Made by a program: the position numbers and the translations under genes. Under the pieces are notes generated by a model. It did not search any database and was not told the DNA's origin. It saw only the letters and a program-made list of their open reading frames with translations. This document shows, piece after piece, positions 52,567-61,328 of a stretch of 64,000 nucleotides of DNA (within the stretch, counting starts at the first letter, position 1; every line of letters starts with the position of its first letter). This stretch comes from a virus. Location of the stretch: positions 1-64,000 of the IMG/VR virus record IMGVR_UViG_3300008954_000029, one strand, 5' to 3'.

Positions 52567-54981
52567 TCATCCACACTTAGCGTACCCACAAGAAGTACAA
52601 GTTATGCACCCATCTTGATAAAGAAGCGCTTCCGCGTTACACTCTGTACAGACCCGGTCGCTGGGCTCTTCCCCGTCTTCAATGTAGTTTTTCAGGATTC
52701 TCGCGATACAACGAGCGAAACTGAACATGTCAGAGTCCTTGTCCTTTTGAAGTTGCTCCACCATAAACTTTACTTTGGCGCCGTGACGAAGGCCAAGCGA
52801 AATCATTCGAGTAAACGCAGAATTGTTAGGATTATCAAAGACTTTGACTACATCCTTGATGTGGATAGTATCTCCATTATAGCCAAATGAAAGGTCATAA
52901 CGGTTATTTTTCGTCTTGAAGCAATGCTTGGCCAACTTCCCCTTGTCGTACTTCTTGGGAATCTCAATCAAACTCGCTTCACCACCTAGAACCTCGTATG
53001 GCTTGCCGTCCAAAAGTCCGACCAAAACAACCCACTTTTCACCCTTAATTGTGGTGTGGTGGATGTCGCAGTCTAGTTCTTGGGGACGCTTTGGAGCGCA
53101 ACTCTGGGGAAATTCCTCGGTCTGTTCCTCAGATGTCTCATTCGTCACCAGGACGCCAGTGCGCGACCCGTCAACGTAGACAGTGATGCCCTTCAAGCCC
53201 TTCTTCCATCCCTCCAAGTATAGCTCTCCTACCAAGGAGGGCAGAGTACCCTTAGGCAGATTAATCGTTGAAGAAATGGAGTGGTCAATGTGCTGCTGAA
53301 TTGCGGCCTGGATCTCCACTCGCTTCGCCCAATCAATTTGGTCAGAGGTTGTGAAAAAGTTTGGAACTTTCTTCTTTCCCTGAGTATCCAAAAATTCTTG
53401 TACGTTGTGATGGAAGACTTCATACTCCATCCAGCGATCTCCAAGATCATCTACAAAATCAGCCTTAATGTGCTGCTCGTTATGCGACAACTTACGACGG
53501 CGAATGTAAGAGTTCCTAAATACAGGCTCAATACCGGTGCTCGTCTGTGAAAGAAGCGATACAGAACCAGTAGGAGCATTCGTTAGGATAGAAATGTTCC
53601 TTCTGCCGTGAGCGCGAATCTTCGCTTGTAGAACTTGTGGGAGATCCTTGATAAAAGAATTGTCCTTCTCAACCTCCCAGTCAAACACGGGAAATGCGCC
53701 TCGCTCTTGGGCCATCTTGACGCTCTCCTCGTAAGCGCTGACCTTCATAATACGATAAATGTCGTCAACAATAGCGATGGCGACGTCGCTGTCGTAAGAG
53801 AGGTCCAGGCGAGCAATCGCGTCGGCTAGTCCGTGGGTGCCTAAGCCCGTGCGTCGGCCATTCATACAGGCGTCAATCATCTTCGTCCAAAGCGCCTTTT
53901 CGTCGTCAGTATCACAAGTTTCCTTGATCCTAAGGAGCTTCTCGTTTTCCAACTCAACAAGGTCGTCAGAAAGCCTAGTCGCAACACGAATTACATCGCT
54001 GAACTTCTTCAGATCAAAGGAAGCCTTCTTGGTAAAGGGGTTCTTGACTAAGTTTTTTAAATTTACCGAAATTAAACGGCACGAGTCATAGGCAGAAAGA
54101 GCAATCTCAGCACAAGGATTCACACAGATAGTCTTAAATCCATCGTATTCGTTTGCGGGCAGACGGCTCGTAATGTTGTCCCACATCAGAAGACCCGGCT
54201 CAGCAGTTTGAGTAGCAGATTCTACAATTTGAGTCCATAACTCGGTTGCTTCAATTTCACGGGTGTGCGTGGGTTCATCAGAATCAATTGGGAACTGTAA
54301 AGTGAACGTTTCCTCGTTCTCAACAGCCCTCATAAAGTCGTCGCTTATCTTGACGGAAACATTCGCCCCTGTTACCTTCGTTAGATCGTGCTTCATCGTC
54401 ACAAATTTATCAATGTCCGGATGGCGAACATCCATAGAAATCATAAGTGCGCCACGACGGCCATTTTGGCCAATCATACGACAAACGTATGAATAAAAGT
54501 CTGCGAAACTCCAAGCACCGGTGGTGGTGCGGGCAGCATTGTTTACAGGGGCATTTTCTGGCCGTAAGTTACTAATATCCAAGCCAACACCGCAGCGGCG
54601 CTTGAATAGATTAGCCAATTCCTTGCCACTGTCAATAATTGAAGAAACATTGTCAGCAGGAGAATCAACGACAACACAATTAGAGAGAGAGACATTGACA
54701 TAATCGTTTCCTATTCCATACATAGGCGAGCCCTGAGGAACGATGCTCTCAAAGCCCTTCAAAAAGTTATAAATTTCATCTTCACCAAGAGGGTTGGAAA
54801 ACTTATCTTCAACACGAGCAAATTCTCTGGCCAATCTACGATGCATGTCATCGGGGGTCAATTCCATAAAATTGCCCTCCTGATCTTTTAGGCAGTACTT
54901 GGTCATCCACACATTGGTGGCCAATTCATCACCGTCAAAGTATTTTAGAGTCGCGGCCCTAACTTCTTGTTCGTTGTGCAT
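52567..54981 (-). CDS. nrdJ: class II (B12-dependent) ribonucleotide reductase
   Basis: LSNC, GQNGRRGA, NPCAE, APTGSVS, GITVY; C-terminal Zn ribbon. Confidence 0.93.
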   Translation of the reverse strand: MHNEQEVRAATLKYFDGDELATNVWMTKYCLKDQEGNFMELTPDDMHRRLAREFARVEDKFSNPLGEDEIYNFLKGFESIVPQGSPMYGIGNDYVNVSLSNCVVVDSPADNVSSIIDSGKELANLFKRRCGVGLDISNLRPENAPVNNAARTTTGAWSFADFYSYVCRMIGQNGRRGALMISMDVRHPDIDKFVTMKHDLTKVTGANVSVKISDDFMRAVENEETFTLQFPIDSDEPTHTREIEATELWTQIVESATQTAEPGLLMWDNITSRLPANEYDGFKTICVNPCAEIALSAYDSCRLISVNLKNLVKNPFTKKASFDLKKFSDVIRVATRLSDDLVELENEKLLRIKETCDTDDEKALWTKMIDACMNGRRTGLGTHGLADAIARLDLSYDSDVAIAIVDDIYRIMKVSAYEESVKMAQERGAFPVFDWEVEKDNSFIKDLPQVLQAKIRAHGRRNISILTNAPTGSVSLLSQTSTGIEPVFRNSYIRRRKLSHNEQHIKADFVDDLGDRWMEYEVFHHNVQEFLDTQGKKKVPNFFTTSDQIDWAKRVEIQAAIQQHIDHSISSTINLPKGTLPSLVGELYLEGWKKGLKGITVYVDGSRTGVLVTNETSEEQTEEFPQSCAPKRPQELDCDIHHTTIKGEKWVVLVGLLDGKPYEVLGGEASLIEIPKKYDKGKLAKHCFKTKNNRYDLSFGYNGDTIHIKDVVKVFDNPNNSAFTRMISLGLRHGAKVKFMVEQLQKDKDSDMFSFARCIARILKNYIEDGEEPSDRVCTECNAEALLYQDGCITCTSCGYAKCG

Positions 54982-56353
54982 CTTGCTTTCCTTCTTCCTT
55001 CCATGACATGTACTTCTTTTTAATGTTACTCATCTGCTTTTCAGCAGCCTTAACATTAATTTCTTCCACTGTTTCGTTAGTAGGTTCAAAGACTTTTATT
55101 TTTACGTTGCTCGTATCCATAAAAATAGGATATATCATACCATCATACCCTTGTCTGTTTTTAGCAACAAACATTCTTCCGGTATTGGCGGTTTTATCTT
55201 CAATTGTTCTAGAAACGGTGCAGATGAAGTCGGCCACAAAGCACTTGTTGAACGCCTCGCTAATAGCCTCCATCGTAATGACTTCGGCGTTGAGTCCTGA
55301 GCGGTTTGTTTGTGAGGCAGTCCAGAAAAGGCACTTAAACTCTTGCGCAAGGCCGCGCAATTCTTCATACATTGATTCCAATTCGTGCCTCTTTTCCCTC
55401 TCTACACGCTTTGGACGCAAAAGATCGGCATAATCGACGATGACCATGTCAACGTCAATGCCTCGTGTCTTAAGCTTCTCCAGATGCGTCTTAATCGTAT
55501 TCGTACTCGCCGTTTTCGACGGGTACTCTTTAATTATCAGTCTGCCACCGAAATTGGACACTTTTTCGTATACTTCTTCCTTGAAAACTGGAAGATCGTT
55601 GATTGGTACTCCAGTTAAGCAACTGTCATAACGCAGGCCGATGGACATGTCTTGTAGTTCCAGAGTATAGTGGACAACAGTCTTGCCCTCCTTGATCGCC
55701 TGGGCGCCTAAGTGGACCAGGACCATCGACTTCCCTGCGCCAGTTGGGGCGATCACAACGCCAAGCTCGCTGTTGCCTAGACCTCCATTGGTGATGTCGT
55801 CAATAAGCTTCCACCCTGTTGTGACTGGGTGTCGCATCTTTGGAACATAGCGGTCCTCAAAGTCAGCGATGTACTCATACCCAAAATTGTTATCGGATCC
55901 AAGCTTGATTGCGTTGTTGATGATTGTGCTGATTTCATCAAAAGACGAGTGATGGAGGAGGTCAACGGACTGAATCATCGCTTCCTTGAGCTTCTGCTTC
56001 TTACAGAAGTCAAGAGACACGTCCTTAATGTATTCTGCCTCCCTGATTTCCTTTGAGGAGAGGGCCCGGGCCAGGAAGTCGCGGGTTTGCTTACAAACGG
56101 CATCACTCTCATCCTCCATTTGGGAACGGAGGATTGTAGCCATAATTTCGTATGTTGGGTGCGTCTCGTACTTGTCTCTGTACTCAAAGATGCGACGCAC
56201 AAACGCTTGAAGGTATTTTAATTCAAAAAAACTGGTAGAAAGGACCTCTTGCATTTGGTCACAAAAGGCTCTCTCCTGCAGGATAAGGTGGGCCAGTTTC
56301 TCCTGGAAAGACTTACCGAACTTTGAGAAATCTGCTTTTTCGTGTTTCATCAA
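54959..56353 (-). CDS. dnaB: replicative DnaB-family helicase
   Basis: APTGAGKS, TLE, IVDYAD, TASQTNR, KNR. Confidence 0.9.
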   Translation of the reverse strand: MMKHEKADFSKFGKSFQEKLAHLILQERAFCDQMQEVLSTSFFELKYLQAFVRRIFEYRDKYETHPTYEIMATILRSQMEDESDAVCKQTRDFLARALSSKEIREAEYIKDVSLDFCKKQKLKEAMIQSVDLLHHSSFDEISTIINNAIKLGSDNNFGYEYIADFEDRYVPKMRHPVTTGWKLIDDITNGGLGNSELGVVIAPTGAGKSMVLVHLGAQAIKEGKTVVHYTLELQDMSIGLRYDSCLTGVPINDLPVFKEEVYEKVSNFGGRLIIKEYPSKTASTNTIKTHLEKLKTRGIDVDMVIVDYADLLRPKRVEREKRHELESMYEELRGLAQEFKCLFWTASQTNRSGLNAEVITMEAISEAFNKCFVADFICTVSRTIEDKTANTGRMFVAKNRQGYDGMIYPIFMDTSNVKIKVFEPTNETVEEINVKAAEKQMSNIKKKYMSWKEEGKQDAQRTRS

Positions 56354-56459
56354 CCCTCTTTGTCAATACTAGTATTGTACAGGTCTGGACTGTTTTAGTT
56401 TAGATCTTTACTTAGAATAAAGTATCACAAGTTTAAAGATGTGTCAAGGACAAAAAGGG

Positions 56460-56532
56460 TGGAGCCGGAGGGACTTGAACCCACGACATTCACGCTGCCA
56501 GCGTGACGCTCTCCCAACTGAGCTACGGCCCC
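56460..56532 (-). tRNA. tRNA-Ala(GGC)
   Basis: G3:U70 pair, anticodon arm TCACG-CTGGCAG-CGTGA; ACTATTTA just upstream (56543-56550). Confidence 0.9.
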
Positions 56533-56588
56533 TTTTCACCCTTAAATAGTCGGCCCCTTTTAAAGGTTCCTTAATTGTATGATTGCGG

Positions 56589-56676
56589 CAGAGAAGGAGG
56601 GATTCGAACCCTCGGTACGCTTTTGACGCACACACGATTTCCAGTCGTGCACCTTCGGCCTCTCGGTCACTTCTCT
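56589..56676 (-). tRNA. tRNA-Ser(GGA)
   Basis: Long variable arm, loop CTGGAAA, G73. Confidence 0.9.
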
Positions 56677-56704
56677 ATAAGCCAGAATTCATGTTTTTCA
56701 AAAG

Positions 56705-56778
56705 TACGCCCGGTAGGAATCGAACCTACAACCGATGGGTTAAAAGCCCAGTGCTCTGCCTGGTTGAGCTACGAGCGC
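56705..56778 (-). tRNA. tRNA-Lys(UUU)
   Basis: Loop CTTTTAA, T-arm GTAGG-TTCGATT-CCTAC. Confidence 0.9.
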
Positions 56779-56789
56779 TTACTCCCCAA

Positions 56790-57137
56790 CTATCTTGACG
56801 ACATCGCCGTCTTCGTCTTACCTTCCCAGATACTATTCTTGACCTTAATGGTCACATGCCATCGTTTATGAACTTCTGAAGCGATCCTCTCCTTCAGCGG
56901 CACGGCCATTGTGTGCGTCAGCCTGGTGTTGAATGGGGGCTCTTGTTGAATAATGACCAGCTTCACTTCTGCGTCGAGCTCAAGGAACTTGTATTTTACA
57001 CCCTCCTTTTCAAATAGTCTAGCACTTTCCTCTCCGCAAATAACCTCTGCTAGAGCTACCTTTTGTACAAAACTCTTGTGCTTCTCTCTTGCCTTAAGAT
57101 CCGCTCGTGTCGCCATAAAAAGTGTTTCCTTCTCCAT
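56790..57137 (-). CDS. hypothetical protein
   Basis: SD GAGG; lies between tRNA genes. Confidence 0.55.
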   Translation of the reverse strand: MEKETLFMATRADLKAREKHKSFVQKVALAEVICGEESARLFEKEGVKYKFLELDAEVKLVIIQQEPPFNTRLTHTMAVPLKERIASEVHKRWHVTIKVKNSIWEGKTKTAMSSR

Positions 57138-57190
57138 TAACTAGACCTCACCAAGTTCTTTGCGCACCAATTAAATTTTCAACTTCCAAG

Positions 57191-57263
57191 TTGGCCCACC
57201 GGGACTTGAACCCGGAACCGCCCGCTTATAAGACGGGTGCTCTAACCCTTGAGCTATGGGCCA
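57191..57263 (-). tRNA. tRNA-Ile(UAU)
   Basis: TGGCCCA/TGGGCCA acceptor, CCCGT-CTTATAA-GCGGG, A73. Confidence 0.88.
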
Positions 57264-57367
57264 GTATCGGAAAACGGGGCCGACAACTGTCTCGCTCCCG
57301 ACCCCGTTTATGTTACTAATATATCAAAGTACCTTCTCTAAGTCAAGAGAAAAGTGCACTTTACATA

Positions 57368-57493
57368 TTACTTTCCTTGACCTCGATACTTCTTCCTGTA
57401 GTGCTTGGACTGACCTTTGGGACCGGGGCGGCCCCACTTTGTGAACACACTGCAGCCCTGTCGGACCTTCTTCTTTTGTCCTCGATTCTTCAT
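57368..57493 (-). CDS. 41-aa basic peptide ending KKYRGQGK (not in ORF track)
   Basis: MKNRGQKKKVRQGCSVFTKWGRPGPKGQSKHYRKKYRGQGK*, SD AGGA. Confidence 0.65.
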   Translation of the reverse strand: MKNRGQKKKVRQGCSVFTKWGRPGPKGQSKHYRKKYRGQGK

Positions 57494-57505
57494 TGTTTTC
57501 CTTTT

Positions 57506-58201
57506 TTAGTCTGAATTCTTCTTTAGTTTTGTAAGAAAGGAGTTGAGTACTCCTCTGTGGTGCCAGTAATACTTCGGCGTCTTGTTTTCAACTTGTAACT
57601 TTTCTTCGCGAATGCGAATCTCCCTTACGAGAGCATCTTCTTCGTTGATGTCACCGTTGATAACTGGCTGGTTGGACTCTTCAACGATTTCGTAATCTTC
57701 GTCGAAGAAGGGGATGATGAACTTGCGGCCAGAGGAGTGCCTCTCCTGAGAGTAGAAGTCTTCACGGTCCTGGACGTCAGAACCAACAAGAGCAACGTCC
57801 CTTTCCTGGACCACCTTGTAACCTTCAATGTACTGAAAGCGCATTGATTCATCATCCCTCTTGATCCCCCAGATTACAGACTCTTGTCCGAAGTCCTTGC
57901 CAAGGTTCATAATCTCGGACTTTGTGATGTTGGGAACAAGAAAAGAGTTTTCAAGATTGCCGAACTTTCCCTTGATCCTGATGTAGCCCAGATTCCTCTC
58001 GCGCAGACGTTCTTGGAGAAGCTTGTTACGCTCTTGATTCTCTTGTGGATTCAGTTGGTTGCCGTCAGGGTTCTCTGCGGTGATGAATCCAACTGTATGG
58101 ACGTTAGGGACGGAGCCCATGAGCATGTTGGCGATGCGAGGAAACCCCGACTCTGTAATCAAGGTCTTTCGCCAACTTTCCATAATTTCTCTCATTATCA
58201 T
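57506..58201 (-). CDS. SAM lyase-like (T3 SAMase/DUF3293-like) protein with W-leader
   Basis: ITAEN..N..RN..L...G.F..ENSFLV...FGQESV; leader MREIMESWRKTLITE; ACTATTTA at 58209-58216. Confidence 0.65.
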   Translation of the reverse strand: MIMREIMESWRKTLITESGFPRIANMLMGSVPNVHTVGFITAENPDGNQLNPQENQERNKLLQERLRERNLGYIRIKGKFGNLENSFLVPNITKSEIMNLGKDFGQESVIWGIKRDDESMRFQYIEGYKVVQERDVALVGSDVQDREDFYSQERHSSGRKFIIPFFDEDYEIVEESNQPVINGDINEEDALVREIRIREEKLQVENKTPKYYWHHRGVLNSFLTKLKKNSD

Positions 58202-58331
58202 TGTCCTATAAATAGTTGCTTATTCTTCTTTGCTCTCGTCTTCTTCCTTGGGCAAATAGTTGAGGTTTGCGACCACAAATACTATAATACCACCGATGAT
58301 TGACAAAGTCAAGAACAGATTACGAATTGTC

Positions 58332-58847
58332 TCAAGCAACAATTTGGTATTCTTTATCTCCGCGATACTTGACAAACCAGTCGGGGACCTTACTCTTCGG
58401 GTATCGCATATTACTCTTGTTGGCATAATAACGACGGTATGACTCCACGATGTTGTCGCCTTTGAAATAATCAGGCATTGCCATCTTCAACGGAGTTGAA
58501 AAGTGACAATCAAAGTTGTCGCGGTCATACAAGGAGACGACCTGATCTAGCACGGCATCGCACTTATGTGTCTTACCGAATCTCTCGGTATACTCCTCTA
58601 GCATCGCGGCGCAGTGAACAACAAGCGCCCTAAAGTTTGCTGAAGATTCAGCGGCCCATAAACACGATGGGTGTTTAGGATTAAAAGATTTATAGGGTGC
58701 TTGGATCCCCTGCTCGTTCAAGACCGTGGAAAGGATCTGACAAGACTCCAAAATCATCTTGACGACGCGCAAGTTATCTAGCGACTGTGCAGACTTGACC
58801 CAATCAACGTCGCCATCGTTATTGCTTTCAATGGCGAAAATGTTCAC
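58332..58847 (-). CDS. pyrimidine-dimer DNA glycosylase (DenV)-like family protein
   Basis: NIF..VVKMILESCQILST...HP...W..S..N...EYTERFGKTH. Confidence 0.75.
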   Translation of the reverse strand: MNIFAIESNNDGDVDWVKSAQSLDNLRVVKMILESCQILSTVLNEQGIQAPYKSFNPKHPSCLWAAESSANFRALVVHCAAMLEEYTERFGKTHKCDAVLDQVVSLYDRDNFDCHFSTPLKMAMPDYFKGDNIVESYRRYYANKSNMRYPKSKVPDWFVKYRGDKEYQIVA

Positions 58848-59134
58848 AGGATCATCTTCTTTACTTGGTCGTAAGCGTCGATAAGAGCATCCATGTCCTT
58901 CTCGTTCTTGATCATCCGATAAGCCTTGACGGCGGCCCAAATCTCATCCTTGGTGAGGTACCCCTCCTCAATGTAAGACTTGCGCATGTCGCGCTTGTGC
59001 TCCTTGAAGGGCTCCATAGCGGCCTCGGTTTCCGCTAGGTCCTTCAAATAGTTCTTGACGTGCTCCTCCTTTGAAAGGACAACACCCTCTTCCTCATCAT
59101 CCTGATAAGGCTCAATGTGCACTACGTTACTCAT
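58844..59134 (-). CDS. small helical DNA-binding protein (GapR/T4 DsbA-like)
   Basis: E.EA.MEP.KE.KRD....EEG; amphipathic helices. Confidence 0.45.
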   Translation of the reverse strand: MSNVVHIEPYQDDEEEGVVLSKEEHVKNYLKDLAETEAAMEPFKEHKRDMRKSYIEEGYLTKDEIWAAVKAYRMIKNEKDMDALIDAYDQVKKMIL

Positions 59135-59398
59135 TTATTCTTCTCCTTTACTAATCCAATCGTCAATGGAAATCATCGACAGTGCGAAAGCCCCACCAAC
59201 AAGGTACAGGCCCAAAACGAACTTTGCTGCTGCGGCAGCGTCATCAGTGGCGACCCAAAGACTCGTAAACGATACGAGTACCCACAACAGGTTCGCCACC
59301 ACTCTTCTACTATTTTTTGTCTTAAACATACTAACCTCCTTAGTTATTTTCGTAAGCAGCCAGGAGTTCAAAAGACTCTCGTGACTGCTTTTCCTCAT
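59135..59398 (-). CDS. two-TM membrane protein (probable start MFKTK)
   Basis: Two hydrophobic segments; SD GGAGG before MFKTK. Confidence 0.6.
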   Translation of the reverse strand: MRKSSHESLLNSWLLTKITKEVSMFKTKNSRRVVANLLWVLVSFTSLWVATDDAAAAAKFVLGLYLVGGAFALSMISIDDWISKGEE

Positions 59399-59816
59399 TA
59401 GCCCTAATCTTCTCTAACTCGCCCTGGTAAATTCTTTCTCTTAACTCTGTCGTTGACCAACCGTGGTCTCTACTGTTGAAGTATACCTTAATTGGTAGGT
59501 CGTGTCCAGTAAAATCTTTACCCTTATGGTCGGCGCCTATAATGCGAACTTCCGGATTGATGAACCGGAGGAGTTCGTACAATTCCTCCTCGGTGCTGTA
59601 CTCAACAACCTCATCCACGTGCCTAACTGCTCGCAATTGGATGCGGCGCTCGTCTAGACTCTGAACAGGCTTGTTCTTGGCCGGCCTATCAATGGTCGGA
59701 TCCGTTTGAAGTCCGACAATCAGATAGTCACAAACAGAGCGCGCCTCTTGAAGCATCAGGACGTGGCCTGCGTGAAGCAAGTCAAAGGCGCCGCAAGTAA
59801 ATCCTTTATTCATCAC
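59340..59816 (-). CDS. cytidylyltransferase (TagD/RfaE-II-like)
   Basis: GAFDLLHAGH, LIVGL, VDEV, STT.LR. Confidence 0.88.
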   Translation of the reverse strand: MMNKGFTCGAFDLLHAGHVLMLQEARSVCDYLIVGLQTDPTIDRPAKNKPVQSLDERRIQLRAVRHVDEVVEYSTEEELYELLRFINPEVRIIGADHKGKDFTGHDLPIKVYFNSRDHGWSTTELRERIYQGELEKIRANEEKQSRESFELLAAYENN

Positions 59817-60039
59817 TCCCCTCTCTCAATGAGATAAGCCTGTCTATGTAAAATCGTGCTTTTTTCAAGTCTTCAAGTGGTTTGTCTTTATGCTTGTGCC
59901 TTGTAACATACTTTACTACATTACCCTCATTAAAATCTAAATCCCAAGACTCGATGAAATCAATAACTTCAATCCCCTTGTTGTAGTGCTCTGGGTGGAA
60001 CACCATCTCCCTTTTCTTCGGCACGGTGTCTTCACTCAT
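59806..60039 (-). CDS. DUF3310 protein (T7 gp1.7-like)
   Basis: HPEHY..GIE.ID...GNVVKY..R...EDLKKA.FY. Confidence 0.85.
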   Translation of the reverse strand: MSEDTVPKKREMVFHPEHYNKGIEVIDFIESWDLDFNEGNVVKYVTRHKHKDKPLEDLKKARFYIDRLISLREGSDE

Positions 60040-60053
60040 CGCACACTCCTCGG

Positions 60054-60135
60054 TAGGAAAGGCGGGACTCGAACCCGCAAGCCCGAAGGGCGGGAGATTT
60101 TAAGTCTCCTGTGTATGCCGTTCCACCACTTTCCC
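60054..60135 (-). tRNA. tRNA-Leu(UAA)
   Basis: GGAGA-CTTAAAA-TCTCC, variable arm; TTGACA-N17-TATTAT upstream. Confidence 0.9.
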
Positions 60136-60160
60136 GAACTGTGTGATTATAATACCTCAT

Positions 60161-60427
60161 TTAGGACATCGTGTCAAGAGTTTTCTTCAACATACGGATC
60201 TCTTCTTCCAGTTCTGCGTAGGGCCTCTTACGCTTGCTGAAGCCTTCCCACAAAGATAGCACGATTGCGTTAAGAACCAGCAGACTATACACAGACATTG
60301 ATACGGTCGCCGCTGTGTCGCTGATTGCCATACAAATAGCAGTCATCACAAAGGTGAGTTTTGCCAAGATAAAGCTTACAGCCGCTACCTGTATGCGCAG
60401 CGATCCCTCTAAAAAGGCTTGAAACAT
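60161..60427 (-). CDS. two-TM membrane protein
   Basis: Hydrophobic segments. Confidence 0.55.
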   Translation of the reverse strand: MFQAFLEGSLRIQVAAVSFILAKLTFVMTAICMAISDTAATVSMSVYSLLVLNAIVLSLWEGFSKRKRPYAELEEEIRMLKKTLDTMS

Positions 60428-60431
60428 TTAT

Positions 60432-61301
60432 TTAGCGGCGGCGCAAAAGAGCGGGAAGAGGGGCATCCAGCGGCAGTACTACGTTACATCCCGTCATGGT
60501 CTCGCCAGAGCCCACCATGTCAGTCTTTCCCACCTCTTCCTCACACTCTGAGGTATTGACGAGGCCGGCGGGGCCGTTCGCACAATAATCGTCCGGACTC
60601 CACTCAGATACGTCTGAAATTCCATTGCCATCCATGTCAAAGTCGCACTCGTCCCCTATTCCATCACGATCGGAGTCAATCTGGTGGAAATTATATACGG
60701 CAATACAGTTATCGACGTGGTCGCTGACCCCGTCGCGGTCACGGTCAGTAACACATTGCATGTTTCTGGTATAGTCGCGCCTATGCAGGAGCGGACACTC
60801 ATCCGTGATATCTGGAACGCTATCGTTATCATCATCGGAATCGCAGGCGTCGCCCCAACCATCCCCGTCTGTGTCTATCTGGCTAGGATTACTAACATCG
60901 GAGCAATTATCGTCAGGATTATTTACCGAATCGTTATCCAAGTCCTCGTCACAATAATCACCCAATCCGTCAGCGTCTCTATCAAATTGATTTGGATTCC
61001 AACTGGTTCGACAAGTGTCGCAGGCATCTCCCCACCCATCTGAGTCTATGTCCATCTGATCTGGGTTCGAGGCCCATGGGCAGTTGTCCGAATCATCCTC
61101 CACTCCATCCTCGTCATAGTCATCAGCGTATTGATAAGTGTCGCCCTGGTCGGTATTGGCGATTAGAACGCTTCCTCCGCCTCCTCCACCCCCTCCGGAT
61201 TCCTCAGGGGTCCCACACAGGCCACCGGCACACTCTCCCTCCTCGTCTGCGTGAGCGGTGCTCAGCATCAGTGCGCTAATCATAATCACATTCTTCAACA
61301 T
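60432..61301 (-). CDS. secreted thrombospondin type 3 repeat protein
   Basis: Signal peptide; many DxDxDGxGDxCD repeats; C-terminal GC...LLRRR. Confidence 0.85.
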   Translation of the reverse strand: MLKNVIMISALMLSTAHADEEGECAGGLCGTPEESGGGGGGGGSVLIANTDQGDTYQYADDYDEDGVEDDSDNCPWASNPDQMDIDSDGWGDACDTCRTSWNPNQFDRDADGLGDYCDEDLDNDSVNNPDDNCSDVSNPSQIDTDGDGWGDACDSDDDNDSVPDITDECPLLHRRDYTRNMQCVTDRDRDGVSDHVDNCIAVYNFHQIDSDRDGIGDECDFDMDGNGISDVSEWSPDDYCANGPAGLVNTSECEEEVGKTDMVGSGETMTGCNVVLPLDAPLPALLRRR

Positions 61302-61328
61302 TCTTGACTCCTAGTTTAGTTTTGTTTG

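Noticed and set aside
52567-56353. Inteins or introns in nrdJ and dnaB
   Set aside because: The lengths are normal, the motifs are contiguous, and no splicing blocks were seen.
58220-58426. 68-aa ORF overlapping the DenV-like gene
   Set aside because: It mostly overlaps another gene. Only a short hydrophobic 3' part might be real, which is too little support.
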